Shown here: in pieces, positions 13,050 through 26,589 of the stretch
Layout: the number at the start of each line of letters is the position of its first letter
How positions within the stretch are numbered: position 1 is the first letter of the stretch
Source: Callorhinchus milii
Lineage: Eukaryota
Assembly (NCBI RefSeq): GCF_018977255.1
Contig: NW_024704743.1
Location: 60,142,001-60,206,000, forward strand
Length of the DNA: 64,000 nt
Reading direction: 5' to 3'
The notes under the pieces: model-generated
What the model was told of the DNA's origin: nothing
Databases searched by the model: none
The model's input: only the letters and a program-made list of their open reading frames with translations
Translations under genes and position numbers: made by a program

Positions 13050-13372
13050 TAATAATAATAATAATCCTTGCATTTGATATAGCGCTTTTCACGTCGGGAG
13101 GACGTCCCAAAGCGCTTCACAGAACACACTGTAAAGTGAATTGACTGTATTTTTTGTGGGCGAACGCGGCAGCCAATTGCGCACAGCAATGTCCCACAAA
13201 CAGTCGTAGATTGAAAATGACCAATTTATTATTGTTTTGGGTTTTGGAGGGATTATTATTAGGCTCTGTGTGGAGTAAGGAAACTTGCCCAAGGTTTCGC
13301 CCTCTGCCTGGAATTGAACTCAGGTCTCTCGCTTGCAAAGCGAGTGCTCTAACCACTGAGCTACAGGACTCC
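13050..13372 (-). mobile_element. tRNA-Ala-derived SINE (short, young)
   Basis: Near-identical to 42125-42436 and 50372-50700 in reverse orientation. Confidence 0.94.
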
Positions 13373-15390
13373 ACAATAAGTATACACAATAAGTAGGAAA
13401 TCCTACTTATAAATGAAAATACTGGGACAATTAATAGGCCGGGCAAAATGGGAAAAAATAACTCAAATGATTACATAAACAGAATGGTCTCATAACAGAC
13501 AGATACCATTACATCCAGCAACCGGTTTTATTTATCAGAGTTCCTCAGTATACTGGCTGTAAAAATATAACTAGATCAAAATGGTATTTGAAGCTGCATA
13601 AACCCCCACACTTATAATTTTATTTAAATCAGATGTACTCACAAATATACTATATTTACCTCCAGCAAAAAAAATCATGTTTAAGATATTAAAAAGGAAC
13701 TTCAATAAATGAAAATGCTTTTCCCTGCATTGTATGCGCTCCTGTCAAACATGATGTGATTAAATTACATCTGAAGGAATCAGCAACATCCATTCAATTT
13801 ATTCGCTGTTTTTTATTTAAATGAAAGGATCAGAGGTCACAGTTTCATTTGTGATCTATGTAAGAGTAAAATATTCAACTACCTACATCAGGCAACTTCC
13901 CTTAATGGAAATTCTGCGTCAGTACAGTACAATACAGACATTGTGGTTGTATCCTGTTTTCCTGAATCCGCTAACCTGCTCTGGCAGAAAATCATTGAAG
14001 TGTACCTACAGCATCAGTGTCACTTGGCTACAGTACAGAATGGAGTTTTCCAATTTTTAATCTCAACAACTTCACCGTAAAGACGAAACACAGTAAATGC
14101 TGGGGAAAATTGGCCATTATATTTAGGATCAGATCTATACCCTTTTTATGCTGAATATATTTGTGTTTAAGGAGTATATTCTGCTTAGAATCAACAATTA
14201 AAAGTTTTGCCAGCACATTTTTTATTTGGTTGTGTGTTTGTTCATTTATTTATTTAATAGTTTTATAATCAAAGAATATTTTACAGCCTCCTTGTGGAGA
14301 GATATTGTCTAGCTGTTCTTCACTGTTCTTTAACAATGAAGAACAGCTGGACAATATTGCACACCTTGAAAATAAAATAAAACTGAAATGGGACCTTATA
14401 TATACAACAACTTGTGTTTACACAGCATCTTTCATACAGGTTGGGATCTTGGAGTACTGTGTGGGTGTATAGACAAGATGCTTAAGAGTAAATACAGAAT
14501 CATTTTTTGGGATTTGCCAAGGACAAGAGGGCAGAAGTTCAGGATTGTGAATGTCAATTTTACCACAGAAAGCATTTCTTTTCATAGGGAGTAATTAAGA
14601 GTTGAAATAGGCTATCAGAAAGGACGGTGAAGGGCAGGATACTGAGCTTACTTAAGAAATGGCCTGATGCTGCAATGGGTGGACAAGTAGGTTTTCTGGA
14701 AAGATGAGCTGAAATAGTTGAAGGACCATCTTCATGCGAGACTCTCGTAAATATTTCTCTTTTTTTGGTGGGGGGTGGGGGATGTTTCTATTCATAAAGG
14801 ATGTTAAGAGGAAAATAAACCATGCCAGATATAGCAAGATCAAGTAAATGCACCTCAACTCCAATTCAGACCTGAACTTGGTATCAGGATTGATACAATA
14901 TAATACATTGCAAATTGACATTTATGTAGGTAGCACCTTTCACTTCAGGAGGACATCCTAAGGCACCTGGCAGTCCTGACCTGACCCCCAAGCCATAGGT
15001 AAGGTCTGAGAGGGGTAGGGAGGGGAAAGATAACCAATGGCGTGATTAGAGGAAGGTCTTGAGAGGGACCTTGAAAGAGTTGAGGGAGACAGCAAGTTGA
15101 AGGGAATCCCGAATGGAGGTTCCAGAGTGGGCCAGATGGGCAGAATCCTATTTTCTTCAATTCTAATTCAGAAAGTAGAAAAATAGGTCTTTCAGTCTAT
15201 GTTGGGTTCACCATTCCCAGCAAGAGACAGCAGAAGTGGGCGTGCTAAAATAGTGTCTCCCTAAATTAGAGACTACAAGAATGGCTCCAGATTATCACTC
15301 TTGATGACTGTACAATGAATCACTATCCTCAGAATTTTTTTTACAGCACAAGTGAAGGATATTCAGCCCATCGTATCTAATGAAATGCGC

Positions 15391-15477
15391 TGCTATAGGT
15401 GAGAATTGAACTCACAACCTCGCTTTGCATTTCTCAAGCAAATACTGTCATAACTAAATCAATAATCTACACGGGGC
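15391..15477 (-). pseudogene. Degenerate tRNA-Ile(UAU) pseudogene retaining intron sequence
   Basis: Minus strand TATGACAGT...AATGC..CGAGGTTGTGAGTTCAATTCTCACCTATAGCA resembles vertebrate tRNA-Ile-TAT (intron, then ATGCCGAGGTTGTGAGTTCGATCCTCACCTGGAGCA); 5' half decayed. Confidence 0.65.
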
Positions 15478-17964
15478 ATGCAAAATTTAATATAGCTGGT
15501 AAGTGCACAGGCATTTAATATAGATGGTAAGTTTGTCACTGCAGCCAGTAAGAGGGTATGCGATGACGGGTCAAGACTATGGGTCAAGATCACATTTCCC
15601 GTGGTTCAATACATCTTGACCCATCGCCGCATGCACACTTACTGGCAAGCGTTGAAATCACAGTGAATCGTGGGAAATTAAGTTCTGCAATGTGTCGACG
15701 GATCAAGACTACATCGACTGGTCAGGACGTCATCTCCCATGATTCAAGGCAGCCGGTAAGTGTGGGAGTAATGGTGGGTAGTAAGCAGTATTCACAACAC
15801 TGTACTGTGGGAATTACCTAACAATATTACAATCCAAACACTATAAGTTATGATACACATAATATCCAATTTAGTAACTAGCCAATGATAATCCATCCAC
15901 CAAACCCATAAATCTAATACATAATATATTACAACATTTGCAATCCTTCATCCTTGCAAAGATAATCACTGTCCTGGAATATCACAATATTACAACAGGT
16001 TTGGGAGTTCTGCTTTAACAGGAGCAGTTGGTTGACAGTTTAATGCAAACAGAACACACCAGAACACAGCACAGAAACAAAAATATTATCAATTCGAGTC
16101 TCTAGTTACCATTTACATCAGTGAAGGGAAAATCCTCTTGGGAATTAAAATAATCCGAAGCACAGTATTTAATCTTTGGTGGCTCCATGCCAAAAGATAT
16201 GTCCAGAATCCTATGGGCTTTTCACTGATCAAAATTAATGAAATGGCCTAGCTTTTGAGAGCTTGCTCAATAATGAATTGTGGAATGAGACAAGGCTCCA
16301 GTGAAAAAGGCCCAAATAGGAAAAGCGATTTTATGATTTTAAAATGAAGTCTGTTTTAAATGAAAAGATAATTACTGTATGAATTGTAGAACTAAAGTTT
16401 AGTTTTAATGCACATTGTTGCATATAATTTAAGAAAATAGAAGTTCAAACATGCAATGGTGGAATTAAAATTCATGTAAATTAAGGAATTAAGTTTTGTT
16501 TAAATGTTCGTTTTCAGATTAAATGACAAACTTAAACACAGTATTATGGCAGTAATTCTGTGCTGTAACAGGTTTCATTTTAGGCCATGATTCCCACAGA
16601 CGGAATCATCCCTATTTCTGTTGTGATTTCCAGGTTGCTGAGGTACAAGGGGTTGAAAGTGATCCACAAAATAATGTACCACATGAATCATATAATCTGT
16701 AAAGGTTCACAAATCTCCAACCTTGAAACTGGTACAACTGGTTTGTAATGAAGAAACTATTCACAAGGAAACAGATTTGCATCTTCCACACTTGAACAGA
16801 AATGGAGTTAAACAGCTAAAACTATTGATTAGCATAGGTTCACTTTTAATGCTTGTGTCCTGTAGACGCGTGCTGACCAGAACTCCCGGCTTCCAGCGCT
16901 GACTGGGAAGCTTCCAGCACTAAAAAAAATAGATCCCTTCTGGGTGACCGTGTACCTGCTGAAATGTCATTTTCTGCAACTTGCATGCATGCCCATTACA
17001 CCAACAATGTGCATTTAAATAGTAACTTTCAAACTGAGTAGCATCTCAGAACAATTCTAGATACAATATTTATCCAATGAGCAGAATCAACTACGTAATG
17101 TACAGTATAAGCAAAGCTGTGAGTGAAATTTGGTGTGCTGAGATAATATCAGACCCAACTGTTAACATATGCTTTCTGTTTTCTGCACATAAACAAAAAT
17201 TAAAAACCTCCTGATGCTGTACTGGATAAATACACAATATTGGAATGGTTTTTGAGCCATAAAGAACAGAAAGGTTCCAGATTCAAACCCAGATTGGAGC
17301 TATCTCATCTGGGCTTGGTGGAATTAATAAGATTTGTCTCATTTTCCCTATTCTATATCAAATGTAAGGCTTATTATTAAAATACATCAGAATACCTACT
17401 CTTTGCAACAGACAGCAATGTCATGAAGTCAAAGCATCATCATTTTTCTTTTCATCATAGTCATTAATGCAGCGACATTTTGATTTCACAAGAATGGTTT
17501 GGATGAAAAAAGCCCATTGGCCCTATTTGATATAATTCTTTCGGAATATCCACCCTGCAGTCCTCTCATTAAGAGCATTAAGCCATTTCTTAGTGTTAGT
17601 CAGTTGCGCTCTATTTTTACACATGGAAGCTTTGTTGCTAAGGAACTGTGATATTTTTGTTTTTCATGACATTTTTTGCATCCATGTGGTTAAAGAAGAC
17701 AGCTTCAGAGATTAAGTAGCCACGGTAAGGGGCTGCATTTAAATACACATACATACAAACGGAAGAGGATGCTCTTGTAGGCCAGGGATAAGAGAAGTTT
17801 GCCGTCCTTTAAAATCTTCCCCCCCCACCTTAGTTGCTGATCTCCACCACTCCCAACACTCACAAATATACCCAGGTTAGCTCTAACTGCACCTTTAAAT
17901 CTTTTTTTTAAAGTATTGTTACTTTCCAACTGCACCATTTAAAAATGCATTTCAAATATCTTCA

Positions 17965-18364
17965 TTTATCTGATTACAAGATCCTCACCCTTGTATTCAA
18001 ATCCCTCCGCTCCTCCTGAGGCCCCTACCTCTCTGACCTCCTCTTTCCTCAAAACAGTACCCATTGCCTTTGTTCCTCCAGGTATGGCCTCCTCCTCGTC
18101 GCCCGAATCCTCCACTCCACCCTCGGCAGCCGTGCCTTCAGCCACTATGCCCCGAGGCTCTGGAGTTCCCTTCCTCACTCCCTTAGCCTCACCTCCTTTC
18201 TTCCTATTTTCAGGTCCCTGCTGAGGACCTTTCTTTTTAACCGCACCTTTGGTCACCTTCCTCCCCACCCCCCTGGCTCGGCCCCGGGATCCGTTATTGT
18301 GAAGCGCTCTGAGACGCCATCCAGCGTGGAGGGTGCAATATAAATCCAAGTTGTTGTTGTTGTT
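17965..18364 (+). mobile_element. L2 3' fragment
   Basis: KILTLVFKSL..RAFSHYAPRLW, tail with (GTT)n. Confidence 0.85.
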
Positions 18365-21300
18365 GATTCCATGAGAGACGTTACCTTATACGACAGCTTT
18401 CTTTGAATCTACAGTACAAGCTAACACTTTTACAGTTCAGCTAACACATAAAATCTGTCATTGACTCCACGGTTGTTGTGACATTACTGTGTACGCAAAT
18501 TAGCTCAGCACAAATTGGCTGCTTCATTTTCCTACAAAATACATTTGACTACATGATAAGGCTCTATATCAAATACAATATTTATTACTTATTTATAAAA
18601 CCAAAGTATACAATACATATGAATTTGGAAGAACTCATTCCATGAGAATGTTATCAGCATTCTGCTTGTGTGGCCTTGTTGCATAAAGCTCCTGGGAATA
18701 AAAAGTTCATATAAACCAAAACATTATACACACATAGGTCAGCATAGTGCTCCATCTTTTTCACAAGAGTACAAAACGTACCACCCACCCAAAAGGATAA
18801 TGTAAAGCTCGAATCCACAATAGCTTTTTGTATTCTTGTGAAACAAGTATGAATCAATTGCTTACAATTTGGACAGACTTTTTTTGTACATTGTTATGCC
18901 CTGTTTAACAGATTCTTGGATACAACCCTAAGAAAAATTACTAAATTTTGGTACACTCACATTTTGTGACCAATCCTAATAAAGACAATAAAAAAGTAAT
19001 TTTTGGAGGGTGAACTGGGTGTCTGGCACATGTAGAAACCCATCACCATGCTTAAGAGTATCCAAATCAAGTGAATACCACTGAAGGAAACTTGAAAGAA
19101 TTAGTTATTTTATGCCAGCTAAAAAGCAGAAACATTTACATTGTACGTTATCGCAAGCTAAACAAAGGAGGACAATGTTAAAATAATTTGTGGGCTGAGG
19201 AATTGCATAATTATAGGTTAACAACTTCATCCTGCTGCATATACTGCATATAGCTGATAGGTGATAGATTTACAAAAATTCACAGATATTTCCCATTTCA
19301 AATTTTGAATACACTTCATATTTTCAGTTGTTTATATAAAATTTAGTGCATCATTGTAGTAGGAATAACAATTCTTCTGTGATGAAAACAGTTCATTCAT
19401 ATCCTGATCATAATTGCATGACTAAAATGTCAGAATCCATTTAAAAGTAATCACAGGTGCGCGAGTTGCGCAGGCATAGCATGCTTGTACTCTAACAACA
19501 ACAACTTGCATTTATATAGTGCCCTCCACACCAGGCGGCATCTAAGAGTGCTTAACAATGGCGGAGCCCGAGGCTGAGCCAGAGGGAGTGGGAAGGTGAC
19601 CTTAGGCGCGTCGAAGAGAAAGGTCTTCTCTACTGCACTGTTCCATGAGTGATAGGGCAATAGGTTTAACAGCATGATACCAAACAAATTTTAATGATGT
19701 TTCCAAGCTTTTTCCAAAGGGGATAAAATAAAAAAATTAGAGGGTCAATTTTGTCATGCACCTCCCAACTACCAAATACTGTACAAAGCAGCTGGCAAAG
19801 GCTTAAGGAGCACATTTAAACACTTTAAGTAAAACACCTTACTCGTCCCTACAATGCAGTTATGCTGTTTGAAGGAAGATTTATAGTACGCTTCCCTAAA
19901 TCTGGCGGTTAGTTGCTTAGGAATAGATATGCATTGCAATGGAGGACTGAACAATGCAATTCATGTGATCGTACATTTTGCTAATGCTCTCAATTCAACC
20001 ATTGTCAGTCTATGAAGCTTTGAGATGTTTTGATGTGACAAGCCAAGACAAAGCCAATTATTATTAAGGTCAAATGTGCAGTATTCCTAAACACATTCAG
20101 TTTTGTGTTGAGTTTTGAAATTCCCCCACAACTTCTGAATAGTGATAGCACTCAAATGGGCTAAAAGCCCTATGTGCTTCCATCTTGAATTTCGACTTTG
20201 TGAGGAGCACTTTTGACCATCGAAATGTTTCTTCTAATCATATTTAATCTGAGTTATGAAAATATACTATGAAGACCTGAAAGGCTGTTTTGCATGTTCG
20301 TAAACTGCAACTGGGCCGCAGAAATCTATAAGCTGGGCTCAGCCAGGCCTCAAGATTTGCAAAGTTGTCTTATATTTTGATCTATCCTCCAGACGTGAAA
20401 GGTGCTATATAACTGTAAATTGTATTGTATTGTCATTTATGACTATGAAAAACTGCCGGTTTCTAAATATTGAGTTAGGCTGGTCTGAACAAATGCCAAA
20501 AGGATGAATCCAAGAAAGGTTTTTCAGCCAAGCTTAAGCATTACCATTATTCAGAGAAAAGGAGAAAGAGAAGAGAAAGAAAAGTAATTTTAAAAAGTTT
20601 AAGCTTCAAGGGTTTGAGAGTTGTTGTGGAAAGCAATGTGCTCCTCCAAAAAATATACCATTGCAAAATTCTCTTCCAATAGTATAACTAACTTACCATG
20701 CTTCCCAAGTAAAAATTAAAAATCCCAACAAACTCAGGTAATATATTGCAAGATAGTGAATAAGGAATTTATCCTACAAGTGACTTTGAAATGAAAATCT
20801 ATTAAGACCTGTCAGCACAGATAAATGATATGATATGATAAATTATTATTTATCATAAAAGTTATGATAAATAATAATACAATGCGACCCCATTAAAGCA
20901 TCCTGGTTTAGTACATGTTTCCTCATGTACTGTGAACCTATGCTATACTGAAAGAACAAGACGCTTCCAATGCATTTTAAAAATAGGTTGGCATCAGTGC
21001 TCCTCTTGTCAACAATTCACCAATGCCATCACTTCCTACTTGACGTACATATCTACAGGAAGGCCCACTGACATCAGCGATGACCTCATGAACCTGGAGC
21101 AGCTGACCTATAGCTTGTTTTTAGCATACCTCCTTATAATGTAGGGTGTCAGTTTATGGACCCAAATCATCACATTAAAATGGTGTCAGCCTGTAATAAT
21201 AAAAGCTGGTTAGAATTGTATGTACATTGATAAGAGTTAAAAAAAACTAGTTTTAAATTTACTAAAATGATATTCTCATGAAATCTGCTCATGAGAGTTG

Positions 21301-21439
21301 GTCTGAATGCATTATTCTGAGGTCTGAATGCATTGTAGCAAATCAGTCCCAGTCCACAAACCTGAATATATTGTGCAAATAAGTTTTGAAGAAACAAAAT
21401 TTATATCATGCTGTCATACGTGGTAGGGGTAGCAATAAA

Positions 21440-22605
21440 AACAACAACAAATTTACATTTGTAAAGCGCCTTTCACGTCGGGAGGACGTCCCAAGGTGCT
21501 GAACAGTCGGGGATCAGGACCTGAGCGTGGGGGGCAGGGTTGGGAAGAGGGAGGGCAAAGAGGGTAGGAGGGTGGCTGAAGGCACGGTCCAAAAGGAGGG
21601 TCTTGAGTTGTGCCTTGAAGGAGGCAAGGGAGGGAGCAAGGCGAAGGAATTGTGGGATGGAGTTCCAAATGGTATGGGGGCAGAAAGGCTGAAAGCCTGG
21701 CTGCCGATGGTAGGGCAGGTCGGGAAGGAGACGTGGAGCAGGCCGGAGCCTCCTGAACGTAGGGAACGGACAGGTTGAGAGGAGTTTAGCAGGTCAGAGA
21801 GGTAGGAGGGGGCAAGGCAGTAAAGGGCCTTGAAAGTGGGGACGAGCATTTTGAATTCTATCCTCTGAGGGATCGGGAGCCAGTGTAGCCAGGCAAGGGT
21901 GGGGGTAATAGGGTCAAGCAGCCTGGTGCGGGAGAGAACACGAGCTGTAGAGTTCTGGATGATCTGCAGTTTATGGAAGGAAGAGTTGGAGAGGTCGATA
22001 AGGAGGGAGTTTCCGTAATCGAGCCTTGAGGTAACGAATGTGTTTATGAGGGTTTTGGTGGCCTGAATGGTGAGGTGGTGGCGGAGTCAGGCAATGTTGG
22101 AGAGGTGGGGGATGGCAGAGCAGGTCATAGCATGGATATGGACAGTTGACGGTCAAACAAGACCCCCAGGTTCCTAACTGGCTTGGTGAGGTGGAATATG
22201 CATCTGTGGATGCTGATGCTGCCAGTGCCTGAGGTACGGAGGCGCTGCCGCGAGCCAATCAGGAGGGACTCGGTCTTGCTGACACTCAGCTGTAGAAAGT
22301 TGGCTCTCATTCAGGACTTGGTATCTGATAAGACAGTCTGTCAGGACGTCAGTTGTCCTGGAATCAAAGGTGGAGGCAGAGGGAAAAGAGTTTGGTGTCA
22401 TCTGCATACATATGGAAGTTGACCCCATGTTTGCAGATGATGTCAGCAACAACAACAAGATTCCATTTATTGAGTGCCTTTCACGTCGGGAGGACGTCAG
22501 CAAGGGGGAGCGTGTAGCGGTTGAAGAGGAGGGGACCGAGACAGAGCCCCGAGGAACACCGCACGAGACTGTGCAGGGGCTGGAAAAGAAACTGTTGGCG
22601 GAGAC
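21440..22605 (-). mobile_element. L2 RT fragment with 3' tail
   Basis: GVPRGSVSVP, FHMYADD-type motif, NFLQLSVSKTE, LWN-type C-terminus, (CAA)n tail at ~21440. Confidence 0.9.
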
Positions 22606-24169
22606 AAATTAATAATAATAATCCTTGCATTTGATATAGCGCTTTTCATGTTTTATCGACGTCTCAAAGCACTTCCCAGAATAGACTGTAAATTGGAGAC
22701 AGTGTTGAGAAATAAGACCTGAACCATTCAAGGACAGAACCTTGAAGGTTCAGGTGCGAGGACAGGCGCTTGAGGAGGAATGGAGTGGAACACGATAAGA
22801 CCCATGGGATAATACAGGTCATCCTACATGAAGCAGGAAAACAACAGTATATACTTTTTTTTGAAAAAATGCATTATATATGTGGCTATTGTGTTCACAT
22901 ACAAAATACACAGTGCCATACATTATAGTAAATGCTGTGAATGGTTTTGAGACATACTCCCGAAGTAAAAGACGCTATATCAAATACAGGGATTATTATT
23001 ACATACGACTACAAATTGTGGAGGTCACAGGTGGAAATGGACATGTGCAGAGAACTAAGTACAGTATAGCTGATGCTGAAGGTAAAAGCAAGCACCAATT
23101 AGTCTACAGTTTTCTGATGCAGGCCAAGATTGTTAAAGCTTCAATCACTTTAAGGTAGTTACAAGAAACATTGAAAACAAAAAGCGGTCACAGTCTAAAT
23201 TAATAGACTCAGATTATTATGTCATAATGGTTGTTCTGTATAACTTTTTGGTATCAGCCATCTCACAGGGAAGTTTACAAACCAACCTGAACTCTGGCTT
23301 CAGATGGTCAACAGAAATTCTACATCTGCCTCTAAATGATTGCTACCAGGTAGCCACTGCAATGTATTATTCTGCACATCCAATCGACGGTATTTGATCA
23401 CTAAAACAACAACTTGCATTTATATAGCATCCTTCATGCAGGTAGCATCTTGGAGCGACGGAGAGATTATAGCACTATATAATCACCGGAATACTTAATT
23501 TATCTTTGCCAAATATATTACTGGCTAATAGCAACTTAGTCAATGCCATTTTGATGGCAGTCAGCACTATTTTGAGCACTCGTTTTTCTTTATTTCCCAC
23601 CTTCTGACAATCATCATGCCTCAACACTACTTCTAGATGGCTATTAGTTTAGAAAAAACTTTCATTGTTATTTCTTCTTGACAAATTGATTGGAGGGGTT
23701 GAATTTTATTAGCCAATTACAAGTTTAAGAAATAGAAAGGATTAACTTTACAATTGAAATTAATAGATCCCAATGTTTCCAATATTTGCTCTCTTTGGAA
23801 CATTTAACACCCTAACACTTTAAATACGTCAAGTTTCCTGACCTCAACCATCCTTCCTAGCTACCTGTTCCAGTCCAGATTATCCCCTGAGTAAAGATGA
23901 ATTTCCTGTACCTCTCCTGAAATTGCCTTTTATAACTCTACAACCATGCCCTCTTGTTCTACTGTGTTGATGCATCCTAAAATATCGATCTGAGTTTACT
24001 TTTTGAATCCCATTTAAAAAAAGTCTATGAAGTCAGATTTCTATGATGTCCCTGCTGAGTCATCTTCTCTGAAGAATATAAGAAAGACAATATTAAGTTT
24101 ACAGAAAGTAGTCAACAGTTAAAACAGGATAATAGAAAGAATGATTAAGGCCAGGACACCTAATTTAGA

Positions 24170-24500
24170 AACGATAACAAATTACATTTGTATAGCGCCT
24201 TTCACGTCAGGAGAACTTTCAAGGCGCTGGACAGTCAGGGATCGCACCCAAGCTGGTGTTTGAGATCAGAAGTGGTGGAGTGGCGAGGGTAATGGTAGGA
24301 GGGTGACCGAAGACACAGTTGAAGAGAAGAGTCTTGAGATGAGTCTTGAAGGAGGCAAGGGAGGGGGCGAGGGGGAGGGACTGTGGGATGGAGTTCCAGA
24401 GGGTGGGGGCAAAAAGGCTGAAGGCCCGTCCACCAATGGTGGGGCGGGCAAGGTGGGAGATATGAAGGAGGTCACCAAGGTAGAGAGGAGCAAGGCCGTG
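24170..24500 (-). mobile_element. L2 3' end
   Basis: ACATTTGTATAGCGCCTTTCACGTCAGGAG tail plus L2 body. Confidence 0.82.
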
Positions 24501-26589
24501 GACAACTCGATGTGTACTGGGAAGATTGCATGGTGGATATTCTGAAAGGCTATGAACGCATTGGCCAAAAAACCTTCTTTGTCATCTTGAGATTTATATC
24601 AATTCTCTTAAGAAATTTAAGAAAAACAAAGTACTCATTTTGCATCAAATCCAGGATGAGTTAATTTCCTTCTTCTGCCTAAATTACTTACCAGCTATAA
24701 ATGAGTGAAGCATCATATTATAACTGCAGTCGGATCTAGTCTCAGGAAGCAACTAAACTTGAACCATCCGCAATATAAATTGACAATCTTAATTGACACC
24801 CTACAGCATAACCACTGCAAATTTCATATTTTTGTGTCTCACCCTATGTTGTGGTAACTTATTCAGTTGTTTTTGATTGGTTTATCAGTAGTTGACTTAA
24901 TATTGGTGCCCCATTTCATACTGCACCTTTTTCATCAATCATTCAAGTAAAGTCTCCATTCACTCACAATGGCAAGAGCTGAGTCACAAGACTCATCTAA
25001 AGCATGCTATAGCAAGCCCACAGAATGAGAAAAACAAGTACATTCATGTCACTTGAAAAATAGCAGTAGGCCTTATGTAAAAAATCACATATCTCCTCTG
25101 GGCTAGTTTATTTGGGGAAGAATAAGGTTGGGAAATGGACAGCTAGAATGTCAAAAATAATTCAACAACAACTTGCATGTATACAGCACCCTCCGGGCAG
25201 GGCAGCGTCTCAGAGCACTTATTCAATTAATTCAAGAAGATGTAGCAAGGGAATTTTAACCCATAACATTAAGGAAACGACAAATTTAAGATTGCTATAA
25301 TAGAATGGATACTTTATGCAGAAAAACAAATACAATAAAGTTTGGTATTTTGGTTTCCAAGTTAACTCCATATTTTAATAATATATAACCAATACAAAAC
25401 ACCCATTCAAAGCTAGCTTGAGGTGTAAAAACATTGATACTGATTTAATAAAGCATTTTTTAAGCAACATTCACTTCAGAAAAAAACTGAGAATAAACTA
25501 AATCCAGGTATTTTGATAGATAATGTTCAAAATAAGTCAGCACCTTACAAATTAAAAAATAATGAAGTAGGAATATAGTAATACTTAATGTAATAGGGCT
25601 ATTTCTTTCATCACTCAAACAGTTAACATTCAACTAAAAAATGAAGATCTCTTTTTAGTCTACTGAAATCTATATATAAAATAGCCAAGACACTTATTTG
25701 GTTAAAGCAGACTGTGGTTAGATGCAGACAAGTTGTGGGTTTAGAATATGCAATGCAAACAGCACACTAGTTCAATTAACCACAAAATTTATCGTTACGT
25801 TTATGTTTGGCTTATGCTGCCGTGATATATGACCAATTAATGAAGGTGTTAGAGAGAAACATTATCCTCCAGGATGAGTTTTAACCTTCTACAGCTAAAT
25901 GTAAAAAAACCAAGGCTCTTCTGCTTAGCTCTTGTCATACATTCCTACTGATGCCCGAGACATACAAAATACAGATCTTTAAAATCCATCCGAATACCAA
26001 GCTTTGATCATGCTTTTGGCCGCCTTCCTTACCCACCACCACCCCCCACCCCACCTCACCCACCCACCCAAGTGCTGCTCCCAGTGTAAGAAGCACTTTA
26101 AAACGGTCTCCCAACATGAAAGGCATTACACTAAAACCCCAGCTGGCCAGAATAATGTGTGTGTTGTAGAGGGGAGATCTAATCCAGCGAGCCACAATTT
26201 CGCACTACATATAATTACTAATGGTAATATATTCATTGGCACTGCACGTTTTTTATATGCGAGGGTATTGTATGTTAAAGTTAGCTATCTTCTGTTCACT
26301 CACCAAAGCAGGCCTACATGGGGATACTGTGAAGGCTGGCCACTATGAAGGAAACTGTGGGCATCCCACACGCAAGGAGAATTGGGATGCAGGAGTCTAC
26401 ATGGAGGCCCACGGAAATTTTGGACCTGTAGAAATTTTGTTTTTAATTTTCCGGTTGCAGGCCCGGTCCGGCTAGGTTTGAACTCTGGCTAACCGGAGTC
26501 CATACCATATAGAAACGGAAACTGTTGTTTAACCATAGCAGTCATCTTTTATTTAAATGAGCTATAAATATATACAGTGTGGATTCTAT

